A DNA stretch of 64,000 bases from positions 383 to 64,382 of the forward strand of contig JAPYNU010000073.1 in the NCBI GenBank assembly GCA_028283245.1, written 5' to 3'. Position numbers and translations under genes: made by a program. The notes under the pieces were generated by a model. That model made no database searches. It was not told the origin of the DNA and worked only from the letters and a program-made list of their open reading frames with translations. The DNA is from Candidatus Aldehydirespirator catecholifindens. Lineage in GTDB: Bacteria > Actinomycetota > Acidimicrobiia > Acidimicrobiales > Aldehydirespiratoraceae. This document shows, one piece after another, positions 30,162 through 40,637 of the stretch (the stretch's first letter is position 1; the number at the start of each line of letters is the position of its first letter).

Positions 30162-30935
30162 CTACAGCAGCGGCGTTTCGTAGAGAGCGTTCCAGAGCAC
30201 AAGCCCCTGCGGTGGCGCAGGCGAAGGAATCACACTGCGGTCACGGGCCGCGATGGCATCAGCCACAGATTCGGGCTTACGGTGCCCTGAACCCACCGAA
30301 ACCAGTAGCGCCACCAGTGAGCGCACCATCTGATGGCAGAAGGATCTCGCCTCAATCTCAAACACTTTGAAGTCGCCTTCGCTCCACCAGACGGCACGGC
30401 GCACGGTACGAACCATCGACTGATCGGTCTTGGATGGATTCTTTCGGCAGAAAGAACTGAAGTCGTGATCGCCGACTAGTAGATCAGCAGCAGCGCGCAT
30501 GGCTTGCAGGTCTAGACCCAGCGGCACATACCAGCTCTGCGATGCTGCTAACGGATCCGGCGTTGCGGAGTTGAGTATCCGGTAGCGGTAAACCCGACCA
30601 GTACAGCAGTGCCGAGCGTTGAAGTTAGCTGGCGCGATACAGGTCTGCGAAACCGCAATGTGGGGAGCGCACATACGGTTGATGGCACGCATCAGCCGAG
30701 GCGGGTCAACGCGCTGCGCTGGCGCGTCGAACGAGACCACCTGAGCCCGAGCATGAACGCCACGGTCGGTGCGGCCCGCACAAACAACATCAATCTCTGA
30801 TCGCAGAACTTGGCTTAGAGCATCGTTCAGGACACCTGCTACGGTGACCACGCCCTCGTTGTGGGCGAAGCCATAGAACTGTGAGCCGTCGTAGGCCAGC
30901 GTCATGCATATCCGCACGAACGCTGAATGCCCCAT
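30162..30935 (-). CDS. truA: tRNA pseudouridine(38-40) synthase TruA
   Basis: TLAYDGSQFYGF and the catalytic motif AGRTDRGVHA. The track ORF (to 31115) overlaps rplQ. Likely starts are ATG 30935, GTG 30917 or ATG 30905. Confidence 0.85.
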   Translation of the reverse strand: MGHSAFVRICMTLAYDGSQFYGFAHNEGVVTVAGVLNDALSQVLRSEIDVVCAGRTDRGVHARAQVVSFDAPAQRVDPPRLMRAINRMCAPHIAVSQTCIAPANFNARHCCTGRVYRYRILNSATPDPLAASQSWYVPLGLDLQAMRAAADLLVGDHDFSSFCRKNPSKTDQSMVRTVRRAVWWSEGDFKVFEIEARSFCHQMVRSLVALLVSVGSGHRKPESVADAIAARDRSVIPSPAPPQGLVLWNALYETPLL

Positions 30936-30981
30936 ACGCTCAGAGCGCTCTGCAAATCGCAGGTTCTTAAAGAGCTGCGCG

Positions 30982-31335
30982 CTAGACGAGTTCGATGCGG
31001 ACCATGGGGGCGTTGTCACCATGGCGGGGACCGAGCTTGACGATACGGGTGTAGCCGCCAGGACGATCCACGTAGCGTGGCCCAATCTCTTCAAAAAGTT
31101 TGGATGCCATCTCACGGTCTCCCAAGAACTTCACAACCTGGCGATGGTTGTGAACTCCCCCGCGACGAGCTTTGGTGATCATCTTCTCGGCGATGGGACG
31201 CACAGCCTTAGCTTTGGCTGCGGTGGTGGTGATCCCTTCAGCAGCTATCAAAGATGCCACTAGGTTGGCCATCATCAGTTTCTGATGGCGGCTGCTGCCC
31301 CCGAAGCGGGGCCCTTTACGAGGGCGCGCTGGCAT
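30982..31335 (-). CDS. rplQ: 50S ribosomal protein L17
   Basis: MPARPRKGPRFGGSSRHQKLMMANL... (117 aa). Confidence 0.95.
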   Translation of the reverse strand: MPARPRKGPRFGGSSRHQKLMMANLVASLIAAEGITTTAAKAKAVRPIAEKMITKARRGGVHNHRQVVKFLGDREMASKLFEEIGPRYVDRPGGYTRIVKLGPRHGDNAPMVRIELV

Positions 31336-32284
31336 TTTCTAAACCTGTGGAAGCCCGCAACGACAAGCCCATCTCATCAAGCTTGGCGACGACCTCATCA
31401 AGGCTCTTCTCACCGAAGTGGGTGATCTCCAACAGTTCCTCAGGGGTTCGCTCCAGCAAATCGTTGAGTGTGTTGATATGAACACGCAGCAGGCAGTTGC
31501 GCGGTCGCTCTGTGAAATCAAGATCTTCGATGAGGACTTCGGGCTCGTCATCAACCTGAGTTGATACCAGCACTTCGGCTAGTTCTAGGCCCTGTGCTTC
31601 TTCGCTTAAATCTTCAAGCAGACCGATCAGGCTGCGCAGCGTGGCACTAGCGGAGGCGACCGCCTCAAGCGGCGAGATTGACCCGTCAGTCTCGACATCA
31701 AGCACTAGTCGGTCGTAGTCGGTTGACTGCTCAACGCGTGTGGCTTCAATGTTGAAAGCGACGCGCCGCACCGGCGAGTAGATCGAATCCACAGGGATTA
31801 CGCCAATAGCCGCAGTTGATTGCTTGTTTTCCTCGGCAGACACATAGCCGCGGCCCTGTGCAACAGTGATGTCAAGGGCGAGACGCCCTCCTTTGTTGAC
31901 GGTGGCGATCGGCGCATCAGGGTTGAGGATCTTCACGTCGGGATGCGCTTGAATGTCACCAGCGGTGATCTCGGCGGGACCTCGAACGTCAAGCCTCAGC
32001 GTGACCGGATTGTCGCTCATGACCACCAGCACCAGATCCTTGAGGTTCAAAATAATGTCGGTGACGTCTTCAACGACTCCTTTGATGGTGGCGAACTCGT
32101 GCAGAGTGCCATCAAAGCGCGCTTGAGTGACCGCCGAGCCGGGGATTGAAGACAGCAGCGTGCGACGCAGCGAGTTGCCCAGCGTGTGACCGAAGCCAGG
32201 CTCAAGAGGACCTATTGAGAACTGCTGGCGGTTGCCGTTAGCGGTCTCAAGCGCTTCAACGGTAGGACGCTGCATTACAAGCAT
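31316..32284 (-). CDS. rpoA: DNA-directed RNA polymerase alpha subunit
   Basis: 322 aa. FSIGPLEPGFGHTLGNSLRRTLLSSIPG, plus a C-terminal domain with RPRNCL. The 3' end overlaps the rplQ start by 20 nt. Confidence 0.95.
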   Translation of the reverse strand: MLVMQRPTVEALETANGNRQQFSIGPLEPGFGHTLGNSLRRTLLSSIPGSAVTQARFDGTLHEFATIKGVVEDVTDIILNLKDLVLVVMSDNPVTLRLDVRGPAEITAGDIQAHPDVKILNPDAPIATVNKGGRLALDITVAQGRGYVSAEENKQSTAAIGVIPVDSIYSPVRRVAFNIEATRVEQSTDYDRLVLDVETDGSISPLEAVASASATLRSLIGLLEDLSEEAQGLELAEVLVSTQVDDEPEVLIEDLDFTERPRNCLLRVHINTLNDLLERTPEELLEITHFGEKSLDEVVAKLDEMGLSLRASTGLENASAPS

Positions 32285-32302
32285 GGGGACTCCTTGAGCT
32301 GC

Positions 32303-32920
32303 TTACTTGGAATACAGCTCAACAATGAGCTGTTCACGGATCGGCACGTCAATCTGCTCACGTAAGGGCAGTTCACGCACCTTTGCGGTGTAGTTATCTT
32401 CGCCGCGGTCAATCCATGCTGGCGGATTGCGATCCAGCACATCAACGTTCCATTGGAGCGTGGCCGAGTTGCGAATCTTCGTACGCAAATCCACCACATC
32501 ACCTTTACGCAAACGGTAGCTAGGGATTGTCACCCGTTTGCCATTGACATTAACGTGGCCGTGGTTGACCAATTGACGGGCTTGCGGGCGTGTGGCACCC
32601 CAACCGATGCGATATATGAAGTTGTCGAGCCGCAACTCTAAGAACTGCAACATGTTTTCGCCTGTGACCCCTTGGCGGCGGTTGGCTTCTGCGAACAAGT
32701 TGCGGAACTGGCGCTCGGTCAGTCCATAGGTGTGGCGAGCCTTCTGCTTCTCAGACATTTGCACTAGGAACTCAGACGGGTTACCGCGACGTCGTGAGCG
32801 GCCGTTTTCGCCTGGTGGATAAGGCCGACGGTCAAGAGCGATCGCCTCGCCTTTAGTGCCCCAGATGTTGGTGTTAAGCCGGCGCGATACTCGCGCTTTG
32901 GGTCCGGTGTAGCGCGACAC
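32303..32920 (-). CDS. rpsD: 30S ribosomal protein S4
   Basis: GTG 32920 gives (M)SRYTGPKARVSRRL... (205 aa) and sits immediately after the rpsK stop at 32922. The track ORF start at 32977 overlaps rpsK. Confidence 0.93.
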   Translation of the reverse strand: MSRYTGPKARVSRRLNTNIWGTKGEAIALDRRPYPPGENGRSRRRGNPSEFLVQMSEKQKARHTYGLTERQFRNLFAEANRRQGVTGENMLQFLELRLDNFIYRIGWGATRPQARQLVNHGHVNVNGKRVTIPSYRLRKGDVVDLRTKIRNSATLQWNVDVLDRNPPAWIDRGEDNYTAKVRELPLREQIDVPIREQLIVELYSK

Positions 32921-32921
32921 G

Positions 32922-33317
32922 TCAGACTCTTCTGCGCTTGGGCTGGCGACAGCCGTTGTGCGGTGCTGGCGTGACATCTGTGATACCAGTCACGTCAATG
33001 CCGATGTTTTGGATTGACCTGATGGCAGTCTCACGACCCGATCCAGGGCCTTTTACCTGCACATCAACTTTGCGCAGACCGTGTTCCATGGCTTTGCGAG
33101 CGGCTTGTTCGGCGGCCATCTGCGCAGCGAAAGGCGTGGATTTGCGTGAACCCTTGAAACCAACATTGCCAGCCGAAGCCCAAGAAACCACATTGCCCTG
33201 CAAGTCGGTGATGGTAATGATCGTATTGTTGAACGAACTCTTGATATGCGCCACGCCGTGTGTCACGTTTTTGCGCTCGCGTTTGCGGGTGCGCTTTTTG
33301 TCTGATGGTTTCGCCAT
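32922..33317 (-). CDS. rpsK: 30S ribosomal protein S11
   Basis: 131 aa. [18 protein letters not shown]. Confidence 0.96.
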   Translation of the reverse strand: MAKPSDKKRTRKRERKNVTHGVAHIKSSFNNTIITITDLQGNVVSWASAGNVGFKGSRKSTPFAAQMAAEQAARKAMEHGLRKVDVQVKGPGSGRETAIRSIQNIGIDVTGITDVTPAPHNGCRQPKRRRV

Positions 33318-33341
33318 TGCTACCTCTTGAATGCTTAGCGC

Positions 33342-33719
33342 CTATTTCGTGACTTTTTTCTTGCCAGCCACGGTGCGCTTCGGACCTTTTCGGGTGCGGG
33401 CGTTGGTGTGAGTGCGCTGACCTCTCACCGGCAGCCCGCGACGATGCCGCAAACCTTGATAGCAGCCGATCTCCATCTTGCGCTTCACGTCTTGTGAGAT
33501 CTCGCGTCGCAGGTCGCCTTCAACACGGACGTTGCTTTCGATGAAGCCTCGAATGCGCGCCACTTCTTCGTCGGTGAGGTTGCGTACCCGAGTGTCAGGA
33601 TCAATTTCGGTGGCTTCGCAGATCTGCTGAGAGATGCTGCGCCCAATGCCGAAGATATAGGTGAGCGACACCTCCACACGCTTCTCGCGGGGGATGTCAA
33701 CTCCAGAAATTCGCGCCAT
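33342..33719 (-). CDS. rpsM: 30S ribosomal protein S13
   Basis: [26 protein letters not shown]. Confidence 0.96.
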   Translation of the reverse strand: MARISGVDIPREKRVEVSLTYIFGIGRSISQQICEATEIDPDTRVRNLTDEEVARIRGFIESNVRVEGDLRREISQDVKRKMEIGCYQGLRHRRGLPVRGQRTHTNARTRKGPKRTVAGKKKVTK

Positions 33720-33735
33720 AGAAGCCTTCGTCTCC

Positions 33736-33849
33736 TCAGCCTTGCCGCTGCTTATGCCGTGCGTTGTCGCAGATCACCATGACGCGCCCGCGTCGACGAA
33801 TCACTTTGCAGCGATCGCACATCTTCTTGACGCTGGGTCGGACTTTCAT
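33736..33849 (-). CDS. rpmJ: 50S ribosomal protein L36
   Basis: Below the track cut-off. Manual translation: [37 protein letters not shown] (37 aa, zinc-ribbon Cys/His pattern). Confidence 0.95.
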   Translation of the reverse strand: MKVRPSVKKMCDRCKVIRRRGRVMVICDNARHKQRQG

Positions 33850-33888
33850 AGTTGACTACTACTCACTTGCTGGCATCCATGCTGGTGC

Positions 33889-34113
33889 CTACTTGTAGCG
33901 ATAGGTGATTCGGCCTCGTTGGAGGTCATAGGGCGTCACTTCAACCTGGACACGATCACCGGGAAGGATCCGGATGTAATGCATCCGCATCTTGCCCGAG
34001 ATATGCGCCAGCACAAAATGGCCGTTCTCGAGTTCTACACGGAACATTGCGTTGGGAAGGGACTCCGTAACGGTGCCCTCCAACACGATTGCGTCCTCTT
34101 TCGGTTTCGGCAG
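33889..34113 (-). CDS. infA: Translation initiation factor IF-1
   Basis: ...[72 protein letters not shown]. The homologous core would start at CTG 34113, 8 nt after aggagg. The only ATG is 34173, which adds 20 non-conserved residues. Start unresolved. Confidence 0.88.
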   Translation of the reverse strand: MPKPKEDAIVLEGTVTESLPNAMFRVELENGHFVLAHISGKMRMHYIRILPGDRVQVEVTPYDLQRGRITYRYK

Positions 34114-34202
34114 TGCGGTGTCCTCCTGTGGATTAGCTCCGGTCGGCGCGCGGCAGCGACGGCCCGAGGCCAAACGGCAACGCTACAGGCGCTACCACCG
34201 GC

Positions 34203-34784
34203 CTACAACCTGCCACCAGCAGTGCTTTCTATTCCGGCCACAACCCGATCGAAGACCTCGTCAAGCGTGCCGACACCGTCGACCGTAACCAGCAAGCCGC
34301 GCGCCTCGAACCAGTCAAGTAGCGGAGCCGTTTGCTTCTCATAGAGCTGTAGGCGGCGACTGATCGCGTCAACAGTGTCATCGGAGCGGCCTCGCTCAAG
34401 CATCCTTTCGGTAGCTGCTTCTACAGGCACTTCGATATTGATAGCTGCGTCTAACCGCTGCTCAAGACCCTCGAGGATTCTTTCAAGCGCGTCCGCCTGT
34501 TCAGCGGTGCGCGGATAACCGTCGAGCAGTACACCTTTACTGGAAACATCTTCGTCAGCGAGACGTTCCCGCACGATGCCGTTCATGACATCATCACCAA
34601 CCAAGCCACCAGAATCCATTATGGATTGAGCTTGGCGGCCCAACTGAGTGCCTGCCGCAACAGCAGCACGCAAAGCGTCGCCGGTAGAGAGATGGACGCA
34701 GCCGAACTCAGCGACGAGACGCTGCGACTGTGTGCCCTTTCCTGCGCCCTGACGCCCCAGGATCACCATACGCAACGGAGCCAT
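34203..34784 (-). CDS. adk: Adenylate kinase
   Basis: MVILGRQGAGKGTQ P-loop. Short type without a zinc lid. Confidence 0.92.
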   Translation of the reverse strand: MAPLRMVILGRQGAGKGTQSQRLVAEFGCVHLSTGDALRAAVAAGTQLGRQAQSIMDSGGLVGDDVMNGIVRERLADEDVSSKGVLLDGYPRTAEQADALERILEGLEQRLDAAINIEVPVEAATERMLERGRSDDTVDAISRRLQLYEKQTAPLLDWFEARGLLVTVDGVGTLDEVFDRVVAGIESTAGGRL

Positions 34785-34790
34785 CCGGCT

Positions 34791-36119
34791 TTACTTCAAG
34801 AAGCCCTCGTAGTTGCGCATCATCAACTGGCTGTCGATCTGCTTCATCGTCTCAAGCGCCACACCAGTTGCGATCAACAGTGATATGCCGCCGTAAAGCA
34901 GCCCGCTGGCACCCCCGCCCTGGCCTGCGGAAATGTCAGTGTCGAGAAACACCGCATAAAGAATGGACGGAACCAACGCCACCGCAGCAATAAACAATGA
35001 CCCAGGAAGGGTAATGCGCGAAAGGATCTTGGCCAGATAGCGCTCGGTCTGCACACCGGGACGTATCCCAGGAATGAAACCGCCCTGCTTGCGGATCGTG
35101 TCAGCCTGCTTGACCGGGTCAAAGGTAATGGCCGTATAGAAATAAGCGAATCCGATGATCATCAAGCCAAAGACCGTTAGATACACCGGGCTGGTCGGCA
35201 AAGTGAGATGATTATTGACAAAGTCTTGGATCGCGCCACCGATGCCACCGTCAGGCATGGCCGCTCCGATCAAGGTCGGCATGTAGAGCACCGAACTAGC
35301 GAAGATGATCGGGATCACGCCCGACTGGTTGACTTTGAGCGGGATGTAGGTGCTCTGGCCGCCATACATGCGCCGACCCACAACACGCTTAGCGAACTGC
35401 ACAGGGATGCGGCGCTGACCCTGCTCCACGAACACGATGCACACCAGCAGAGCGACCGCAACCACAACGAAGCCGACCACTGCGTCATAGCCGTTGTTGG
35501 CCCGCACAGCGGTGAGCTGAGCTGGCAGGGTTGACACCACACTGGCAAAGATCAACAGCGACATACCGTTGCCGATGCCGCGCTGTGTTATCAGTTCGCC
35601 CATCCACATCAACAAGGCAGTGCCGGTAGTGAGCGTCAAAACCACCACGAACACAGCCCACGGAGTGAAGTTGGGAAGCAGGTCAATGCCACCCACCAAC
35701 GCGCCGCTGTGGAACAAGAACGAGAAACTGGTGGACTGCAGCAATGCAATACCGATAGTGAGATAACGGGTCCACTGCGTGATCTTGCGCTGACCCACCG
35801 CTCCCTGCTGCTGCCACTGCTCAATGCGAGGGATCACCACGCCAAGGATTTGCATAATGATCGACGCGGTGATGTAGGGCATAATCCCCAAAGCGAAGAT
35901 AGCGAACTGAGTCAGCGCTCCCCCCGAGAACAACTGAATGAACCCGAGGATTCCACCTGAGGTGTTGGCCTGATCACGCAGCAGTTGCACCGCGTCGGTG
36001 TCCACGTAAGGCGCAGGAATGAAAGCACCCAAACGGTAGACAGCGATGATGAACAAGCTGAACAGGATCTTGTTGCGAAGATCTGGGATCCGAAAGATGT
36101 TCAAAATGCGGTTCAGCAC
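34791..36119 (-). CDS. secY: Preprotein translocase subunit SecY
   Basis: GTG 36119 gives (M)LNRILNIFRIPDLRNKILFSLFIIAVYRLG (442 aa). The track start at 36218 overlaps rplO. Confidence 0.93.
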   Translation of the reverse strand: MLNRILNIFRIPDLRNKILFSLFIIAVYRLGAFIPAPYVDTDAVQLLRDQANTSGGILGFIQLFSGGALTQFAIFALGIMPYITASIIMQILGVVIPRIEQWQQQGAVGQRKITQWTRYLTIGIALLQSTSFSFLFHSGALVGGIDLLPNFTPWAVFVVVLTLTTGTALLMWMGELITQRGIGNGMSLLIFASVVSTLPAQLTAVRANNGYDAVVGFVVVAVALLVCIVFVEQGQRRIPVQFAKRVVGRRMYGGQSTYIPLKVNQSGVIPIIFASSVLYMPTLIGAAMPDGGIGGAIQDFVNNHLTLPTSPVYLTVFGLMIIGFAYFYTAITFDPVKQADTIRKQGGFIPGIRPGVQTERYLAKILSRITLPGSLFIAAVALVPSILYAVFLDTDISAGQGGGASGLLYGGISLLIATGVALETMKQIDSQLMMRNYEGFLK

Positions 36120-36135
36120 GTCCGTTACCCCAATC

Positions 36136-36639
36136 TCAGCGGTTGGTGTGCTGGTTGTAGCTACCGTGAGGCGGCCTGCGGTCACCCCAAGGTTTAGCGA
36201 CGATCTCAACGCTGCCACCAGCGGCGGTGATGGCTTCAGCCGCCGAGGCTGACACTGCGTGAGCCTTGACTCTCACCGCTCGTTTGATTTGGCCACGACC
36301 GAGCACTTTTACCAGCGCCTTCTTTCCCACTAGACCACACTCGCGCAAGGTTTCAGGTGAAATATCGTCCAAACCGGTGGCTTCAATGGCATCAAGGTTG
36401 ACAGGCTGATATTCGACACGGAAAGGGTTGGTGAAGCCTCGCCATTTGGGAACGCGTCGCAGCAGAGGCATCTGGCCGCCTTCAAAGCCGACAGGCACCT
36501 TGCTGCGTGCTTTCTGTCCTTTCATGCCTCGGCCCGCGGTCTTGCCACCACGGCCAGCGATACCACGCGCTACTCGCTTGGGTCGCTTGTGTGATCCAGG
36601 GGACGAGCGCAGATCATGCAGCTTGATCACAGATGTCAT
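36136..36639 (-). CDS. rplO: 50S ribosomal protein L15
   Basis: 167 aa. GRGGKTAGRGMKGQKARS. Confidence 0.95.
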   Translation of the reverse strand: MTSVIKLHDLRSSPGSHKRPKRVARGIAGRGGKTAGRGMKGQKARSKVPVGFEGGQMPLLRRVPKWRGFTNPFRVEYQPVNLDAIEATGLDDISPETLRECGLVGKKALVKVLGRGQIKRAVRVKAHAVSASAAEAITAAGGSVEIVAKPWGDRRPPHGSYNQHTNR

Positions 36640-36932
36640 TGATCTTTGTCCTCTGCTGATTCTCCAGCTAGCTGTTCGTCGGCTAGCTGTTCGTTTGCTG
36701 GCTGTTCGTCTGCTGGCCTTTTTCTGCTGTCTTTTTCGTCGGCTGGGACTGCTGAGTGCTCTTCTACGGAGACCAGATGTGGTACTCGCTGGATCATGCC
36801 ACGGATCTCGGCACGATCAGGCAAAGTATTGCTTCGCCCGATACGCCCCAAGCCCAGAGCCCGAAGCGTACCGCGTTGTTTGGGCTTCGTTCCAATAGTC
36901 GAGCGGATTTGGGTGATTCGCAAAGCCATCAT
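36636..36932 (-). CDS. rpmD: 50S ribosomal protein L30 with a ~40-aa acidic repeat C-terminal extension
   Basis: An L30 core, [29 protein letters not shown]...VPHLVSVEE, followed by the tail [40 protein letters not shown]. 98 aa, against about 60 aa for a typical L30. Confidence 0.9.
   Translation of the reverse strand: MMALRITQIRSTIGTKPKQRGTLRALGLGRIGRSNTLPDRAEIRGMIQRVPHLVSVEEHSAVPADEKDSRKRPADEQPANEQLADEQLAGESAEDKDQ
36667..36716. repeat. ~3.3 x 15-nt tandem repeat inside the rpmD 3' extension
   Basis: Units: gctagctgttcgtcg / gctagctgttcgttt / gctggctgttcgtct / gctgg. Encodes the ADEQx repeats on the minus strand. Confidence 0.9.
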
Positions 36933-37513
36933 TCGTCCTCGGTCTCGTCGCGGCGCTGGGCTGCTGCCGCTCGATCAATACGAGTGCTCTGGTATGCATC
37001 CCACAGACCTTTAGGCAGAAAGCTCTCGGGATCAAGGCCGCGTAGACGCGCCACTACGTCGGGGCGCCGCAGAGACTGCAGGCCGCTGATCGTGGCGCGG
37101 GCAACGTTGATGTGATTCGGCGAACCAAGCGACTTGCACAACACATCACCTATGCCCGCTTCTTCAAGAATGGCGCGTGCTGCGCCACCGGCGATCACGC
37201 CGGTGCCGGGGGCGGCTGGTTTGAGCAGCACCCGGCCTGCGCCGGTGGTGCCAATAACAGGATGCATGATCGTGTTACCGGCCATAGCCACTTCAAAAAT
37301 GTTGCGCCGGGCCTCTTCGGTGCCCTTCTGGATGGCTAGTGGCACTTCTTTGGCTTTGCCGTAACCAAGCCCGACACGACCGCCACCGTCGCCAATCACT
37401 ACTAGGGCCGTGAATGAGAAGCGGCGACCGCCTTTGACGACTTTGGCCACCCGGTTGATATTGATTACACGCGACTCCCGCAACGGCAGTGCGCCTGTGC
37501 GTTCCTCAGCCAC
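36929..37513 (-). CDS. rpsE: 30S ribosomal protein S5
   Basis: [29 protein letters not shown]. Has a charged C-terminal tail ...[13 protein letters not shown]. Confidence 0.95.
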   Translation of the reverse strand: MAEERTGALPLRESRVININRVAKVVKGGRRFSFTALVVIGDGGGRVGLGYGKAKEVPLAIQKGTEEARRNIFEVAMAGNTIMHPVIGTTGAGRVLLKPAAPGTGVIAGGAARAILEEAGIGDVLCKSLGSPNHINVARATISGLQSLRRPDVVARLRGLDPESFLPKGLWDAYQSTRIDRAAAAQRRDETEDE

Positions 37514-37542
37514 AGCTGACCATCGCTTCGTGAACCTTCATG

Positions 37543-37908
37543 TCAGAACTCCAGTCCAGCGGCACGAGCCGCGCCAGCAAGCTCGGCCACCCTGCCGTGA
37601 TATTTGTAGCCGCCGCGGTCAAACACCACAGCGGTTATTCCTAGATCCTTGGCCCGCTCAGCTATGAGCGTTCCCACAGCGCGAGCCGCGGCGATGTTGC
37701 CTCCCGAAGCCGAACGCAGATCCGACTCCAACGTTGATGCCGAAGCCACAGTGATGCCCGCGCGGTCGTCTATGAGCTGCGCCGAAATATGGCGAGCCGA
37801 GCGAAACACTGACAGCCGCGGGCGTTGAGCGGTTCCCTGCACCTTCTTGCGGACGCGGCGGTGGCGACGGATACGTCCGCTACGTCGCTTTTGAGCCTGA
37901 TCAACCAT
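37543..37908 (-). CDS. rplR: 50S ribosomal protein L18
   Basis: 121 aa. [20 protein letters not shown]...[12 protein letters not shown]. Confidence 0.95.
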   Translation of the reverse strand: MVDQAQKRRSGRIRRHRRVRKKVQGTAQRPRLSVFRSARHISAQLIDDRAGITVASASTLESDLRSASGGNIAAARAVGTLIAERAKDLGITAVVFDRGGYKYHGRVAELAGAARAAGLEF

Positions 37909-37910
37909 TG

Positions 37911-38450
37911 TTACTTGGCCGCCTTCCCAGCCTTGCGCTTGACTCTCTCATCAACGTAACGAATGCCTTTGCCCTTGTAAGGCTCGGGCGGGCGCCACTT
38001 GCGAATGTCGGCTGCAACTTGACCAACCAACTGCTTGTTAATGCCTTTGACCACAATCTGAGTTCGCTGCGGAACCTCAAACTCAATGCCTTCAGGGGCA
38101 CTGATATGAACGGGATGACTGAAACCCAAAGCCAGTTCTAAAGATGTGTCGGTGAACTCTGCAACCCTGTAGCCCACACCCTGGATACGCAGTTCTTTGC
38201 TGAAACCTTCGCTCACCCCAGTAACCATGTTGGCTACCAAGCTGCGTGTGAGCCCGTGCAGCGACCGGTTCAAGGCTGCATCGTCGGGGCGCTCAATATG
38301 CACAAAGCCGTCTGAATGCCGCAAGCTCATCTCATCAGGCAACTGCCAGCGCAGTGTGCCTTTGGTGCCGGTTACCACAACAGTGTCGCCCTCCACCGAA
38401 ACATCAACTCCGGCAGGCACCGGGATAGGAGAATTACCAACGCGGCTCAT
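37911..38450 (-). CDS. rplF: 50S ribosomal protein L6
   Basis: [21 protein letters not shown]... (179 aa). Confidence 0.95.
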   Translation of the reverse strand: MSRVGNSPIPVPAGVDVSVEGDTVVVTGTKGTLRWQLPDEMSLRHSDGFVHIERPDDAALNRSLHGLTRSLVANMVTGVSEGFSKELRIQGVGYRVAEFTDTSLELALGFSHPVHISAPEGIEFEVPQRTQIVVKGINKQLVGQVAADIRKWRPPEPYKGKGIRYVDERVKRKAGKAAK

Positions 38451-38460
38451 AGTTGCATCC

Positions 38461-38865
38461 TCACCAGACGTAGCAGAGGATCTCGCCGCCCATGCGATTG
38501 CGACGAGCCTCGCGGTCGCTCATCAGACCCTTGTTGGTAGAAACGACAGCCACTCCGAGCCCGCCCTGCACTCGTGGTATTTCATCACGCTTGCGATAGA
38601 TGCGCAGACCCGGCTTGGAGATACGACGCAAGCCACGGATGACACGATCACGCTCAGGCGAATACTTCATCTCAATGGTCAGCGTCTTGCCTGGCCGCTC
38701 AGTGTTGTCCTCCTCAGCGAAAGATGTGATGTAACCCTCACGCTTTAGTACCTCAGCCAGCGCGAGTTTGCGCTTCGAAGATGGCATTGACACCTCGTCG
38801 TGCATCGCCACGTTGGCGTTGCGGATACGGGTCAGCATGTCCGCGATCGGGTCTGTCATCGTCAT
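38461..38865 (-). CDS. rpsH: 30S ribosomal protein S8
   Basis: [15 protein letters not shown]... and C-terminal GGEILCYVW. Confidence 0.95.
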   Translation of the reverse strand: MTMTDPIADMLTRIRNANVAMHDEVSMPSSKRKLALAEVLKREGYITSFAEEDNTERPGKTLTIEMKYSPERDRVIRGLRRISKPGLRIYRKRDEIPRVQGGLGVAVVSTNKGLMSDREARRNRMGGEILCYVW

Positions 38866-38890
38866 TTGTTTGTCACCTCACTTCTTCGAG

Positions 38891-39076
38891 TCACCAGCTG
38901 GCCTTTTTCACACCTGGCAGTTCCCCAGCATGTGCAAGTTCACGCAGGCAGATTCGACACAAGCCAAACTTTCTGTAGACCGCCCGCGGTCGACCGCAGC
39001 GCCTACAGCGCGTATAAGCACGCACCTTGAACTTTGGGGTACGCTGCTGTTTTTCTATCAGGGCCTTCTTGGCCAT
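38891..39076 (-). CDS. rpsZ: 30S ribosomal protein S14, zinc-binding type Z (61 aa)
   Basis: [61 protein letters not shown], with CxxC...CxxC present. The track ORF has a 15-codon upstream extension. Confidence 0.93.
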   Translation of the reverse strand: MAKKALIEKQQRTPKFKVRAYTRCRRCGRPRAVYRKFGLCRICLRELAHAGELPGVKKASW

Positions 39077-39080
39077 CGAT

Positions 39081-39650
39081 TCATTGCCCCTCTCGCCGGA
39101 ACGGGAACCCGAACGCTTCAAGGAGCGCTCGACCCTCGCTGTCGGACTTGGCTGTGGTAACTATCGTGATGTCCATACCTCTAGTGGTATCGACATTGTC
39201 GTATTTGATTTCTGGAAAGATGAGTTGTTCGTTGATTCCGAACGTGTAGTTGCCGTTGCCATCAAAAGACCGCAACGGCAGCCCGCGGAAGTCGCGAATG
39301 CGTGGCACTGCCAGCGTTATCAGCCGGTCAAAGAACTCATACATACGGTCACCGCGCAGAGTGACCTTGCAACCTATGGCCATGCCGGTACGCAACTTGA
39401 AACTGGCCAACGACTGCTTGGCTCTGGTAATCACAGGCTTCTGACCTGAAATCACCGCCAGATCAGCGAGCGCTCCCTCAAGCAGTTTCGCTTGGGTGAC
39501 GGCCTCACCGACACCCATGTTGACCACGATCTTAGAAAGTCGCGGCACCATCATCACGTTCGACAAACTTAAGTCGGCGAGCAGAGCTAACTTGATCTCT
39601 TCGTCGAAAGCGGTGCGAAGCCGCGGTCGGTAGTCGGTGGCAGTGCTCAC
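39081..39650 (-). CDS. rplE: 50S ribosomal protein L5
   Basis: 189 aa. [20 protein letters not shown]. Confidence 0.95.
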   Translation of the reverse strand: MSTATDYRPRLRTAFDEEIKLALLADLSLSNVMMVPRLSKIVVNMGVGEAVTQAKLLEGALADLAVISGQKPVITRAKQSLASFKLRTGMAIGCKVTLRGDRMYEFFDRLITLAVPRIRDFRGLPLRSFDGNGNYTFGINEQLIFPEIKYDNVDTTRGMDITIVTTAKSDSEGRALLEAFGFPFRREGQ

Positions 39651-39991
39651 AGGTCAGCCCCCGTACGTCGGCAGATGCGAACTTTTTCGCCCTCGGGCGT
39701 GAAGCGGTAGCCCGCCCGGGTGGGCTTGCCGTCCGCAGGACTCACTACGGCCACGTTGGACACATCAATCGGCATCGCCTTGTCAATGATCCCACCTTGT
39801 TGAACGTCGCGTCGCGGTGCCTGATGACGCTTGGCGACGTTGACACCCTCAACGATCACTTTGCCTTTATCGGGCATGACTCGCTCTACTATGCCTTCGA
39901 CACCAGCGTCTTTGCCTGATAACACCACAACCCGGTCACCTTTGATGACCTTCAAGGAGCGGCGACGCGAGTTCGCAACTCGTCTGGGCAT
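39647..39991 (-). CDS. rplX: 50S ribosomal protein L24
   Basis: [22 protein letters not shown] (KOW motif). Confidence 0.94.
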   Translation of the reverse strand: MPRRVANSRRRSLKVIKGDRVVVLSGKDAGVEGIVERVMPDKGKVIVEGVNVAKRHQAPRRDVQQGGIIDKAMPIDVSNVAVVSPADGKPTRAGYRFTPEGEKVRICRRTGADL

Positions 39992-40359
39992 TACAGCACC
40001 TCCGGTGCCAGCGACACGATACGCATGAATTGCTTGTCACGAAGTTCGCGTCCGACCGGGCCAAAAATTCTTGTGCCACGAGGCTGATCCTGCTCATTGA
40101 TCAACACTGCGGCGTTCTCATCGAAACGGATGTAGCTGCCGTCACCGCGACGTTTTTCTTTGCGAGTGCGCACCACCACACAGCGAACCAAGTCGCCTTT
40201 GCGTACCTGAGCGCCAGGGATGGCATCTTTGACGGTGGCCACAAACACATCCCCCACTGAGGCGTAACGCCGCCGTGAACCACCTAGCACCTTGATGCAA
40301 AGCACTTCTTTGGCACCGGAATTGTCGGCGACACGCAGCCGAGATTCCTGCTGGATCAC
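39991..40359 (-). CDS. rplN: 50S ribosomal protein L14
   Basis: [28 protein letters not shown]. Confidence 0.96.
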   Translation of the reverse strand: MIQQESRLRVADNSGAKEVLCIKVLGGSRRRYASVGDVFVATVKDAIPGAQVRKGDLVRCVVVRTRKEKRRGDGSYIRFDENAAVLINEQDQPRGTRIFGPVGRELRDKQFMRIVSLAPEVL

Positions 40360-40637
40360 TTGGCACGCTCCACGATCTCAACTACACGCCAACGCTTGGT
40401 CTTGGACAGCGGCCGAGTTTCGGCCACACGCACGAGGTCGCCAACGCTGAGTTCGTTGCTGGCATCGTGAACAGCCAGACGCGACTTGCGCTGCACTGTC
40501 TTGGCGTAGCGCGGATGACGAACCCGCTCGGTGGCTTCAACGATGGCGGTCTTATCCATGCGATCCGACACCACCACACCCTCACGAACCTTGCGACGGT
40601 TGAGGCGTGCGTCTGAACTGTCGACTGTGTCAGCCAT
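40356..40637 (-). CDS. rpsQ: 30S ribosomal protein S17
   Basis: [34 protein letters not shown]. Confidence 0.95.
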   Translation of the reverse strand: MADTVDSSDARLNRRKVREGVVVSDRMDKTAIVEATERVRHPRYAKTVQRKSRLAVHDASNELSVGDLVRVAETRPLSKTKRWRVVEIVERAK

